This document shows, piece after piece, positions 25,319-37,517 of a DNA stretch of 64,000 nt. The notes under the pieces were generated by a model, which worked only from the letters and a program-made list of their open reading frames with translations, was not told the origin of the DNA and searched no databases. Each line of letters starts with the position of its first letter. Within the stretch, counting starts at the first letter, position 1. Source of the DNA: Blepharisma stoltei ATCC 30299 (Eukaryota > Protista > Ciliophora). The DNA is taken from contig CBFDEM010000035.1 in NCBI GenBank assembly GCA_965603825.1, positions 310,001 through 374,000 of the forward strand, written 5' to 3'. A program made the translations under genes and the position numbers.

Positions 25319-25970
25319 TTCATTATTTGTTTAGATAGAATGAAAGATAAGGAGATATAAAGGGTAAATTAGAAAAATTTTAAAAAGTTTAAAATTATTT
25401 GCATGAGATTTGAATTGATCGATTTATCAAACTAAACACTACAGATTCAAAAATTAGTATTAATATTTGATATAAGCTAAATTAAAAGTTGAAATTATTT
25501 CTTAGTATTATGTATGTATTAGAGCTCTTTATAACTATATTTTTGCTTAAAGATAATTTATTTATCATTATATCTATTTAAAATGAAACCAAAATAAATT
25601 AGGTGGCAACTATTTATATTTCAGTGTTTTTAACACAATTCATTCGTGATCAAACTTTAACTTTCTTTATAAATAGCTCTCCTTCATTAATATCGTCTAA
25701 AAAATAGCTTATCTAAAATTCCTGATCAAATCTGAGAAAGAGCTGATAACCACAATCTCATTTTAAACACATTTCAAGTATATAGTGATAATTGCTTTAA
25801 GTTTTCAAATAGTTGCCCCCTGTTCTTTCTTATCTTCATCAATTCTTACTTTTGCAACGCATTTTCCCTTCCCTTCGAGAGTCACTGATTGTGCGGGAAA
25901 TTAAAAACGATTTCCTAATTATCGCTCTATTTCTACTCTGATTATGTAAAAAATAATTCTTAAGTTAGGT

Positions 25971-26333
25971 TTATTTTTTTCCGACTTCCCAAATGTTGAT
26001 TTTTGCTTTTCCATGCTTGGATTCCATAACTTGTTGCCATTCCTGAACGACTGAGCAGCACCCACAACAGCAGTGGCAAAGGAAATCCATAGGAATAGTT
26101 CCTTCGAGTTGAAGTTTATTTCTGACTTGGTATCTGTTGAAAGTAGCTCCGTAAACGCCAAGACAACAACTCATTAAGCATGCAATCAGGCATGCATTCT
26201 TGTTGTCTTTGTCGCATTCTCTAGCATCTATGGCTTGCATGCAACAGCCACCACATGGAACACACCAAGCCCATAAACACATGATAGGATGTTGCATACA
26301 ATCGAAGGTATTGAATTTCCACTTGTTCGACAT
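25971..26333 (-). CDS. PLAC8 / Cys-rich domain protein
   Basis: WKFNTFDC..CLWAWCVPC...R..VR.KLQLEG...DFLCHCCCGCCSVVQEWQQV. Confidence 0.9.
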   Translation of the reverse strand: MSNKWKFNTFDCMQHPIMCLWAWCVPCGGCCMQAIDARECDKDNKNACLIACLMSCCLGVYGATFNRYQVRNKLQLEGTIPMDFLCHCCCGCCSVVQEWQQVMESKHGKAKINIWEVGKK

Positions 26334-26699
26334 GTTTATTATTATGGATAACAGATTTCCATTTTCGAATAACGGTTTTTCAATAGATTTAGCTGGTTAA
26401 TTATAAAATTAATAAATAAATCATTAAAGAACAATCAATTCTGAAGAAATATTTAAATAATTAGGTATTTTAGAAGATATAAAGCTGTATATGTATAGTG
26501 CAATGAAAATAGGAGTCTTAGGTAATGTTTTAGGCTTCTAAATCTTTTTTTTTAGCTAATTTTATCTTTTAAAATTGATTATCTAAAAAAGCCACATTTT
26601 ATTTACATTAGTTGGATTTCGGAAATTGTTTAAAAGCCCCAATTATTTTTATCATAAAATTTTTGAAATATAAGAATTTGCAGGACAATGAATTTTATA

Positions 26700-27783
26700 T
26701 AATGAAATTCCATATTTGGCTTTATCGGTATTACTGAGACAGCTAAAGATATAACCTGTGATCTAAATACAAGATATTTTACTTCCTCTGGAAGTTTGAT
26801 CTACTATACATCTGCAGTCCAGCAACAATCTTCTATTACTCCTTATATCAACGATTTCTCTTTAAAATCAGGACAAGTTTTGGAGGCAACACAACTAACT
26901 TTTACAGCCCAAATTTTTACGACTTCACAGCAGCTTTTCAAGCAGAAATCTTAATTGATGAGGCAGCCTACCTAGTTACATATGCTATAATGCGCAAATC
27001 AGGTGTATAGCTCGGGTAAGATCGAATTATATCCCGTCTTCTTTCGCAATAACCATTTCTGGAGTTGGGTTTGCTATTAATCATGGAATGACTTATATGT
27101 ATACAGAAATGTGGAGTGGCCATACTGCATGGGAGAAGGAGCTATTCAGGACTTCTATAACTGACGAAGAGCTACAGAGCCTTAAGACCAAAATTACTTA
27201 ACTGAATAGTAGCGGTGCTTTACATTCACAAAATCTAGGAATGACTGTGATGGCAGCCACTTCGAAAACCTCAATAATCTCTTCTTTCAAACAGATAAAA
27301 GGTCTAGTAGCAATAGCGGAAGCTCAGGAGATGGTAGAAATATAATTCTGAAGGATACACTAGAGAAAATTGAGAAAGCACTGATAATGGAGAAGTTTAT
27401 AACCCTGGAGTAAATATTATATTCGAAGGACACTTAAATGAAGCTGTGAGTGACTTTTTGGTAAGACTGATATTATTAGTGATGGTAACTGGTTCAGTTC
27501 TTGCTCATACGCTTAGCAGGAGAAAGCGGTTTTCGTTAGAAGAACCAAGGTTCGTCCTATTTTAAAAGAAGTAGATGAGCACAATACAATATCTTTTGAG
27601 TCTCCTAAGAAGTGCGCTTTTGAGCTTGAAGAAGACTCTGCAATTTCCATCAAATTTTCACAAAGGATGAGTAAAATAAAGAAGTTGATGCAGATAATCC
27701 AAAGTGATGGAAGATATAGCCCCTGCTCATCATCTTCATCATGCGTCTGTTGTAGAAGTTTAGTCTTAAGCAGACTTAAATAA
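26700..27783 (+). pseudogene. Probable decayed gene (coding-like fragments broken by TAA/TAG and frameshifts)
   Basis: GC higher than the flanks, with short open stretches such as IFGFIGITETAKDITCDLNTRYFTSSGSLIYY...; no long ORF even with TGA=Trp; family not recognised. Confidence 0.3.
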
Positions 27784-27912
27784 TAAAAACCTTTATTATT
27801 TAATTATGAGTAAATAGAATAATATAAAATTTTGCAAATTTTCTAGGATGGCACAATTACTGCGATATTTAAAATATGTGACAAAGCTTATTTAATGTAA
27901 GTTCTTAAAGAA

Positions 27913-29013
27913 TTATAATATGTTTTCAAGATGTTTTGTCGCCAAATCAAATTTAAAGACCTTGAAATTCTTATTTCCTCCTGTAATAAACCAAATGTTT
28001 CCATCATAAAATTTCACTTGTGAAACTGAGCCTCATTCAAGCTCATTATTTCTAATGCGAGTATAAGCATATTCATTTTCAAGCTCGCTTTCAAAAATTC
28101 CTCCTCTTTCCAAAAAGTAGACCCTTGAGCCTGCTTTGAATAGCACCCTAGGTGTAAATGTTTCAACTTTCACAGCATCTATTTTTGAATAACTTTGTAT
28201 TTTTACATCATATTTATATATTTGCCTATGTCCTACCCCACAAATCAGTATTGAATCTTTAAAAACTGTGCAGGCACACATTGTGCTGGGATCTGGAAGA
28301 CTGGGAACATGAAATCAGATTTTTTTTTCTAAGTCGAATCTTCATGCTTCATCAAAAATTTGATGATTGGTGGCTCCACCAAAAAGATAGACAGAGTTCC
28401 TATAATAAGCCCCTCCTGGATACTGTATGTCTAAAACTTTGGGCACCTCTATTTTAGTTTTTAAATGGAGATCCAGGATGCAAGGAATCCCTACACAATA
28501 ATTTGGATTTCCAGAGGAGTAAATAAATAGCTGAGAATTTGGAAGAGAAACAATACAAGCTCCAAGCAGGAAGCTCTCTGAAGGCAGGCATTGGGATTTT
28601 TGGGTTTGCAAGTCATAAATTTGTAGACCAAGCCCGTCAGCTGTTTTAAAGCAAATAGATAGAGTTCTCGAGCCAACTACAGACTGCTTCATAAAACTCT
28701 TGTAATTTTGAGCGAGACTAGTGAATTCTTTGGTATAGTTTGAATAAATATCATTGAATTCAGTGTCAGTGTCAACTTGCAATAAAATCTCAAAAGTTTC
28801 TTTGAATTGTTTGGTAGATGCACGAAGGAGTTTGTATTCGTCTATAATTTCACATCGAATTTTATCAATTTTCTCTTCATCTTCAGACAAATCAAATAGA
28901 GATACGAAATCTTTAATCTCTTGGTCTATCTTTGGAATTATTATCCTAGCAGTATTAATTTTCTCCACAAAAATTCTTATATCAGGTAGTTTCTTTTTCC
29001 TCTCTTCCATCAT
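27913..29013 (-). CDS. Coiled-coil + kelch-like beta-propeller protein
   Basis: CIVSLPNSQLF, YYRNSVYLFGG, W(TGA)RFDL...W(TGA)..LP, CTVFKDSILICG, FKFDL; TAA at 27913-27915. Confidence 0.85.
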
Positions 29014-29194
29014 TATTGTCTAAATAGATCATCTCAGAAAATTTCAAAAAAGGAAAAATTCAATTATTTTGTTTCAAATTATTAATAAATAAATAAATCT
29101 GAAAAAGGCTTTTATGCCTTTAAACGCAGAGATGAAAAAAATTATAATAGTGTATCATTATTAATCAGTCCATATTTAGTCTATTTTAAGAAAA

Positions 29195-29860
29195 TTAATT
29201 ATTGCCAGGGTTTCTAACCCTAAAATTTTCAGGTCCAAAAGGCGATCCTAATTGGTTTTTCCACTTCAAATCATTAGGATGCTTATTATACCAAGGCCCA
29301 TAAGTTTGTCTTTCGTCTTCGTTATTATCAAGATACAAATCGCTGAGTACTAAATATTCAAGTCCCATATGTCGCATGCTGTGCTGTTCAATTGCTCCAT
29401 CAATTACAGGTCCAAGTGCCCACTTAACCATATAAGGTTTATCTCTTACAAGTTCAACGTCGCACTTGTCTCCAGTAATAAGTTTTCTTTTCCAGCAGAA
29501 AATGACTGAATTTGGCTCGTATCTTCTCCAGGACTCAATATCGTTAGTGCAACCTTGGTCAACATCTTCAAGGGAAAACCCATTGATTTCTGCATATCGG
29601 TCAGTCATAAGGCCATCGCTCATTAGGCCAATGAAGTAGTCCGCGTGAAAATTATCCCTGGCCTCGCTTATATCTTGGATTGCAATTCCTGCCCAGCCAA
29701 AGGACGCTTCATAACGTTTGGGAATTCAAAGTTCAAATTCAACCTCGTTGTCAGATGGAAAATACCATTTGAGCTTCATATCAAATGAAAAGTACTCCAC
29801 GCCCGAATCAAAGACCCAGGCTGAAGCAAAAGCTGCTGCTAGTATTATCCAACAATTCAT
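29195..29860 (-). CDS. Secreted DOMON-domain protein
   Basis: Signal peptide MNCWIILAAAFASAW; FGWAGIAI..ADYFIG..DRY..D...G..RKLITGDKCD..WALG....H; one internal TGA=Trp. Confidence 0.8.
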
Positions 29861-30122
29861 TTTTTATAAACCTATTGTTAGACTTATGCATATCTTTAAC
29901 GGAAATTTTGGACCTAAAAATGAAGATATGGAATTAAGAGGGCTGATAGGTTGAATTGTAAAAATATCATGGGTTATTTTTATTCTGAATTGTATCTTTA
30001 GCAAGTATAGTAAAAATCTAACAGTAAAATGATTCACGCATTTCTCTTTCAGTGCAATTACTTTTATTGATTTAGTGTTTAGATTTGCATAGAAAACAGT
30101 CTTATATTAGCTGCAATAAAAT

Positions 30123-32357
30123 ATGTCCTTAAAGCAAGAAAAAAGGCAAGGTCTCTTAATAAAAGAATATAGATTTTTTAAGAAAATCCAAAATCCACGA
30201 AAAATAGATGAATATTTAGTGAAATGCATTTTGAAAGATGTAAGAAATCGGAAAAGCATCGACTTGATCAAAACTTCTTATATAAATAAGCTTGAAATAT
30301 TTGACCTTCAAAATGTCTATCCCTTGTTTAACTATTTTTTAGATCAAAATTCCAAAGAAGACCTCTTACAAGTCATTTTTCTTTCAAGATCCTCCACAGA
30401 AATTGATTTAGCATGCAGTAATGCTGCAACTGTACTTGCAAAAAGTGATTTTTCATTTAATAATATCAATTTAAGCAATGTGCGTATTCCAAAAGCTGAT
30501 TTATCTCAGTGCTTACTTTTAAACGTGAATTTTGAAAACAGTAACTTAAATGAAGTTAAATTTTTGCAATCCCACATTATTAACGTGAATTTTAAAAATT
30601 GTAACCTCAGCAATGCAAAATTTGGATATTTTATGAAAACTAGTTCGCCATCTGCTACAGGGCTTAGCTTCTCTCCTGATGAGAAACAAATTTACTATAA
30701 AAATAATTATAGCTTGATAGAATGGGACTTGAAAACTCAAGAAACAAAATATCAAGCTGACATCAATGATCTTATTTCATCACATATCACTGCGATTTAT
30801 AGCACTAACCTTAAACCATATTTTGTGAAAATTCATGGACAGTATATGGAATTTTGGAACCAGCATGATCAAAACTATTTATTTAAGATAAACACAGCGA
30901 AAATTGTATTTTCGCCAAATTGAAAATATATTGCTGTTCTTGATAGTAAGTCATGGGTTCTAAGCTGAGATATAGATGTAAATAAGCAAACGCTTGGAGG
31001 AACCAAAGGCTTCATTTATAAGGGTTCCCAGCTGATTTTTTCTCCGTGCAGCAAATATTTAGCAATTATCAAAACAAGTGTAATTTATATAATTGAAACT
31101 GGTAATTGAAGCCTTGTTAAATCGATATGGGGAAAATTTTCAGTTAAAAAAGCTTTCGCAATTTCTTATTGTGGAGAATGAATTGCGTATGGTGATACAA
31201 ACTTATTGCAGCTGATAAATTTAACCACATCAGATAAAACAAGAATCTATCTAGCACACAAAAAACTCAGAGGACTATCATTTTCTCCTTGCAACAGATT
31301 TTTAGCTTTCGGATCAAATGACAGTACAGGGTATATCATGGAATTAAAAAGTCAGAAAATTTCTCAGATTTTTACTGGGTTTGAGAATAACGTGACTTCA
31401 GTGTTATTTTCACCATCAAGTAAATATATTTCTTGAAATGATTCTAATTGTAATATCAGAATCTATGAATTTTTCCCTAATATTTTTAAAAACGACTATA
31501 ATCGTCATTATCAAATTCATATAGCCAAAATATCTCCTAAAGGATCCTATCTCTTTACTTCAAGCCCAGACAAATCCATCTTGTGAGACTTAACAACTTT
31601 TGCTCCAAAGCAAATAAAGCAAATATCAGTCAGTGGTTCATATGATGAGTATGTATTTTCTCCGTTTGAAACTTATTTCGCTTTTGGGATTTTTGGTGGT
31701 GTCCATATTTATAATATAAAGCTTGATGTCCTAATTGTGCACAAATCAAAAAACTATGAGTGAAATTACTTTACATTTTCTAAGCATGAGGATAGTTTGA
31801 TTACTTTTGATAGGCGTTTTTACGAATATTATAGCTTTCCTGGTTTTGAAATTTTAAGAAAAATTGATACTCATGAGGTAAACGTAATTTCTCATAATTT
31901 TTCTGACTGTGGGAGGTATCATTTGTGGAGCACAAAATTTAATATTCATATATGGGACTTAGAAAAAGGCCACTTGATTAAAAGAATGGAATCAAAAAAA
32001 TATTGAAATTATAGATTTACTTTTACGCCTCTTTTAAAGCAAGTTGCTTCTTTTGATTCCAAAGAAGAAGTTTTTATTAGGATCTGAAATATAAAAATTG
32101 GAGGAGATACTTCTTTGAAGATTCCAGGAGTAGAAGCACTATGTTGTCGTTTTACTTCTGAAGAAAATTTGATTGTAGGAGGATATAAAAATGGGGTGAT
32201 TAATGTATGGGATATAAAAGCGCAGACTGTAATAGAAAAGATTAGGACTTTATTTTTAAGAGATATTAGTTGAGTTGAAGCTACTAAGTGTCATATTTTG
32301 GTAAAAGAAAAAAAGAATATTCAAATTTATAAATCGAACCAACTGGGCTACAAGTAA
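30123..32357 (+). CDS. Pentapeptide-repeat + WD40-repeat protein (paralog A), 744 aa
   Basis: ACSNAATVLAK..FNNINLSNVRIPKADLS..FENSNLNEVKF..FKNCNLSNAKFG, then FSP../IWD WD40 repeats; one frame with 10 TGA=Trp. Confidence 0.9.
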
Positions 32358-32419
32358 AACTTTAAGAGTAAGATTAAATAGTAATTTTTAAAGCAACCAA
32401 AATTATTGGAAATAATTAG

Positions 32420-32545
32420 TTCAGGAGGGGATTAAGGAAGAATTTCGATCTTTACTTGATGAAAATAGACAGTTAATGGCTTAATTATAATAAAAGAAAA
32501 GGATAATAATGAAATTTTCAAATCAAATCAATTGGGTTAATAAGT
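32420..32545 (+). pseudogene. Relic C-terminal fragment of a third pentapeptide-WD40 paralog
   Basis: Translates as IKEEFRSL.. and VNGLIIIKEKDNNEIFKSNQLG*, matching the ends of paralog A (HILVKEKKNIQIYKSNQLG) and paralog B (VKEKIRSL..VNGHIIIRENDNIEIFK). Confidence 0.65.
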
Positions 32546-32980
32546 AATAATTATTTTCCGAGTAAAATCCTCAAATATTAAATAATTAATCTCAATATCG
32601 CAAAGCAAACTCAGTTGTTTTTACAAATTTTTATATGAATATTGCATCGTCCACAACCATAATTAATCTATTCCAATCTAACTTTTGACTCTTTCTCTTC
32701 CCATGTCTGCTAAGATAGTTGGGGCTGATCTACCGAAATCTAAGTAACTCAAAGAATTATAAGCATTATTTTGTAATGTATTAAAAAGATTTGAAGGAAT
32801 CATTTGGATCTTATCCATATCCTATTCTCAAGCTTCATACCATGCACTGTTTTAACGGCACAATAGCAGTAGTGTATAGACTCAAATTCTTCTAATATGA
32901 TCATAAAGAAATTCTTTGTTTCATTAGAAAAACATTATTTTGTTCAAACATCTTGATATTTCATATTGATTATATTGGTA

Positions 32981-35167
32981 ATGCATAAAAGCAAAAAACT
33001 GAGTTGACAGAGAGTTTGTGATGAATATCTAGCCCAGAAAATTTTGAAGGACATAAGCAATTGGAAAACAATTGACTCTATTAAAACCTCTTATTTAAAT
33101 AAGCTCGAATTACTTGGCCTTCCAAATATTTACACTCTATTCAACAAATTTTTGAATAAAAATCTCAAAGAAGACCTCCTAAACTTAACATTACTTTCAA
33201 GATCCTCAAAAGAAATTGATTTGGCTTGCAGTAATGCGATTACCATTCTAGCTAAAAGCGATTTTTCTTTTAAAAACATAAATTTCAGCAATATTCGCAT
33301 CCCAAAAGCTGACTTATCTCAGTGCTTATTTATAAAAGTAAATTTTGAAGGCAGTGACCTAAAAGAAGTCAAATTTTTGCAATCACATATTATTAATGTG
33401 AATTTTAAAAACTGCGATTTAAGTAACGCAAAATTTGGGCTTGCTATGAAAATTAATTCACAAAAGGGAAAAGGATTAAGCTTTTCTGCTAATGATGACC
33501 ATTTTTACTATAAAACTGACGATATTTTGATGGAAGTAAATTTAAAAAATCAAGAATCTAAAATTAAAGCTGACTTAAGAGAATTTATTTCCTCAAAAAT
33601 TATAAGAATTCATAGTACAAAGTTAAATCCTGTTATATCAATGACTCATGGACAATACATTAAATTTTGGGATGAATATGAAAAAAAGCATTTATTTGAA
33701 ATAAATACCATTAAATTGGAAATTTCGCAAAATTGAAAATTCATAGCAGCACATGATAATAAATCTTTTGTCCGGTGCTGAGATATAGAAAACAGTCATC
33801 AAATTCTTGGTCCTTTTAATAAAATTCCTTATAAATGAGGACAATTGGTTTTTTCTCCATCCAGCAAATATTTCGCAATAAAAAAATCTACCATAATCTA
33901 TATAATTGAAACTGAAAATTGGACTCTTATCAGATCTGTTTGAGGCAAATTCTCTGCTAAAGGTGTAATTGCTATCTCATCTTGTGGAAGAAAAATTGCT
34001 TATAGTGAAAATGCCTTATTATATTTAATAGATGCTGTGTCGTCACACCAAACAAAAATTTTTTCTAGAAATAAAAAAATTCAGGCATTGTCATTTTCTC
34101 CTTGTGGGCAATTTTTAGCATTTGGGTCAAATGAAGGGGCTGGATATATAATGTGCTTAGAAAATCAAAGAATTTTACAAATTTTTACTCATTCAAAGCA
34201 AAAATTAGTATCAGTTCTGTTTTCAACGTCAAGCAAATATATTTCTTGAACCAATTCGCAGGGAGATATCTGAGTGTATGATTTTTTCCCAAAATTTTTA
34301 AAAAATGATAATAAATTGCATTTTCTAGTCTCAAATGTAAAAGTGTCACCAAAAGGAACGTATCTGCTTATTTTCGGTACAAAAAAAGCTATCTTATGAG
34401 ATTTAACAGATTTCAACCCAAAACAAATAGAGCAGCTTGCTTTTAACAGTTTTTATGCTGATTATGCATTTTCTCCGTTCGAAACTTACCTAGCCCGAAG
34501 AATCTACAAAGCTTTTGATATTTACCATTTAAAGAGTGGCATGTGGGTAAAAACAATAATAACTCAAGATTATATATACGATTTCACATTTTCTAATTGT
34601 GAAAGCTATTTTATCTGCTTAAACTGATATACTTATGAATATCACAGGATTCCTTATTTGGATAAAGTTAGAGTAGTTGAAACCAAAATCCAAAGCAGCA
34701 ATCACATTAAATTTACTAGTAAATATGATTTTCGATTTGATCCTCAATGCTTTCTTTACATATGGGACTTAGAAAAAGAGTATTTTATAAAAAAAATTCA
34801 TATAGAGCAGAGACCATATATATATGCAATTGAACCTATTTGCTCGAAATTTGCTTTTCTGGTTTCGGCACAAAGGAAAACATATATTAGAATTTTAAGC
34901 ATAAATACTGAAGAGAGTGTTTATATAGAAAGTCATGAAAACATTGCTTCTTTATGCTTCAGTCCTAACGGGACAGCACTTATATGAGGAAACGATAAAG
35001 GAATTATTAATATATGGGATATTAAAACTCAGACTGTAAAAGAAAAGATCAGATCTTTATTTTTGAAATCTATTGATTCAGTTGAAGCTGTGAATGGACA
35101 TATAATAATTAGAGAAAACGATAATATCGAAATTTTTAAGACAGTCCAATTAGACGAGAGCTTTTAA
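32981..35167 (+). CDS. Pentapeptide-repeat + WD40-repeat protein (paralog B), 728 aa
   Basis: Colinear with paralog A (IKTSY.NKLE, SRSS.EIDLACSNA, RIPKADLSQCL, FLQSHIINVNFKNC); ATG 32981, TAA 35165-35167. Confidence 0.88.
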
Positions 35168-35684
35168 TTTTTATATTACACTAATTGTGGGTTAAAAAAA
35201 ATTAATTATTAAATATTAAAGAATTGTCAAAAAGTAATTACATAGCAAGGCGTCTTTTGAGCGCTAATGATTTATGTAGCATCTTCGTAGAAGCAAACAT
35301 TAGATTCGAAAATAAAAGTAACATAAGAGGAAAGCTAAGATCGTAATAAGCATGCTGGCATTTAAATTTTATATAAAGGTATTAAAAATGCTTTTGATAA
35401 TGAAAACATAAAGGTAGGATAGCTATATAAAAAAATTAAAGTAAAGCCTCTGTTCAAGCACAACTGGGAAAGGACTCTAATATATAGAATACTGAGCACT
35501 GCAATTATTCATAGTTCATGAGCTATATAATGTTATCAAGATGGCTCAGCTGTTGGATTTATATTTCTAGTAATTAACTCCTTTTTTTAGAGTTGAGAAG
35601 AATAAAAAAAAATATCCTGTAATACAAAGAAAAAATAGATTGAAGAATCTTAAAAACAATAAAATATAACGCTTAAATAGGTAT

Positions 35685-37517
35685 CTATAATTCTCTTTGA
35701 TAATAATTATCAAACTTTTCCCATAAATTTGGAGATACAAGGGCCTGAATAGTGATAAGGCCTATTTCTCCATTACAATGATCAAGGGGACATCGCATAG
35801 TTTTTTCCATCATATTTTCCTTAATGCTATTCTCTAAATACTCTCTTAAATCTCTTTCACAAAAATAATGATAACATGTAAGTCCTCTTAATTCACTCGG
35901 AAAAACGCTTCCACATTTTCTGCGTTGTTTGGTATTCTCAGGTGCTGGATTGCTGCGATTATTTGGATGATCGGGCGCGTGCGCTTCTCTATATCTCCGC
36001 TCCTCTTCAATTTTTCGCAATTCTTCAATTCTTCTTAATTCTTCCTGTCTCTGCTCATTTATAGCTATGTTGCGACTTTCTCTCATTTTAAAAAAGAGAA
36101 CAGCCAACGAAAATATTCAAACCATAAAGACTGATAATGCAGAAAGCGTTATAGCAAGTGTTAGTTTCCATTCATTAGAAGAGTCAATAGTATTAGACCC
36201 TGAGCCAGTTGAATTCGTGTTGCCTGTTGTGGAATTGTGAGTACCAGAGCCATTTCCTGATGACCCTGAACCATTTCCTGATGACCCCGAGCCACTACCT
36301 GGGTTTGTGCTATTAGAGCCTGATGTAGAATTTGTTCCAGAGGACCCACTGCCAGAACCATTCGAATTAGTATAATTAGAATAGCTGATTTGAGATGTAT
36401 ACCCAACAGTGGCAAAGCCAATTTTCATGTTTTCCATATCAAAAATTGTATAAAATCTTCGGAGAAAAGAATCACCTAACACTCATGCATATGCAATTGT
36501 TGTATAATCAAATGTTGGGATGCAATAGGAATCACTTTGTATCAAATATCCTGCGGGCTTAATTGTAAATTTTATTCCACTTATTTGAACTATAAAATCA
36601 GGATACTTTCCATTGCAATTGCAATAGAGCTGCCCATCTACGTCATCGCAGTCATACTTGTCATGCAATCGTTTTAAAATACCGTTAATTGCGTCTTTTG
36701 GCCCTAAAATGAAGCTCGTCCCAGAACTAATTGCTGCTTTATATGCATTTGTATAATTAGCTCCATCAAAAGTAGCGCTATCGAAGTCCACTTGCCAAGC
36801 TCCATTGGAGTTTTTTGCTTTTATATATGTAAAAGTGCTTTCTGCTGAATATTTATTTAAATCATGACCACCAATGATAAGCATTGACTGGCCATAATTA
36901 GGCAAGTCAGAAGGATCGTTGAAATCATTGAAGTAAAGTGAAAAAATTATGTGATTAATGTCATGCTGGGCATAAAAAGTATTCAAAATAGAGGGGGTTC
37001 CATCACTAGAAGTGCTAAAACCTAAGCCAAATATACCGTCTGACTTAAGATTGTCCATGTCATGCTCCTTGCTGACTAAAAGTATTCTTTGGGATTTAGC
37101 AGCAATTCCTCCTATTTTGACTGTGTCTTTTCCTGTATATCCTTCTAATTGGCCAACAGAGTCTAGAGTTAAATAGATATTTTCGCTTTGAAAAGTTAAC
37201 GAAAGGCTTGAGTCAAATTTGTTAGACGAAAGCCTGCATGGATAACAGTTTTTCTGATCTATAAAAATCCAAGAGGACCTAAGGGATAGTAGTCCTGAAA
37301 AATATTGTGGAGGAGTTCCAATCTCAATTTTGACGTAATATTGATACTAAATAAAAGGTACGTTTTCATAGTTAGTCACTGTTGACGAAGATGCAAGTCT
37401 TCTGAATGGAGAGGGGTAACTTGTATTGGAAAAGTTTGCTGAAGGTTTAAAATCTAGATGAAGAGGGATGCGAATTAAGGCTTCTGTTAAAGATAGAAGA
37501 ATAAATAAAGAAATCAT
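35685..37517 (-). CDS. Type I membrane protein: signal peptide, pepsin-fold (A1) domain lacking both catalytic Asp, Ser/Gly/Asn stalk, TM helix, coiled coil, RING-like finger; 605 aa
   Basis: Three track ORFs share one frame via TGA, plus a 5' extension across a 15-nt intron. QYYVKIEIGTPPQYF, DGIFGLGF, IFSLYF, LIIGG, WQV, W(TGA)VLGDSFLRRFYTIFD...IGFA; TM LTLAITLSALSVFMVW(TGA)IFSLAVLFF; CYHYFC..Y...RCPLDHC. Confidence 0.88.
37347..37361 (-). other. 15-nt spliceosomal intron
   Basis: Minus-strand GTACCTTTTATTTAG containing an in-frame TAG; removal joins TNYEN|YQYYVKIEIGTPPQ, the canonical pepsin N-terminal motif. Confidence 0.9.

Noticed and set aside
25888-25902. gcgggaaa as an E2F-like site
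   Set aside because: Single short motif with no positional or comparative support.
36240-36310. 21-bp-period direct repeat containing ccatttcctgatgaccc
   Set aside because: Simply encodes the GSGSSGN repeat of the protein stalk.
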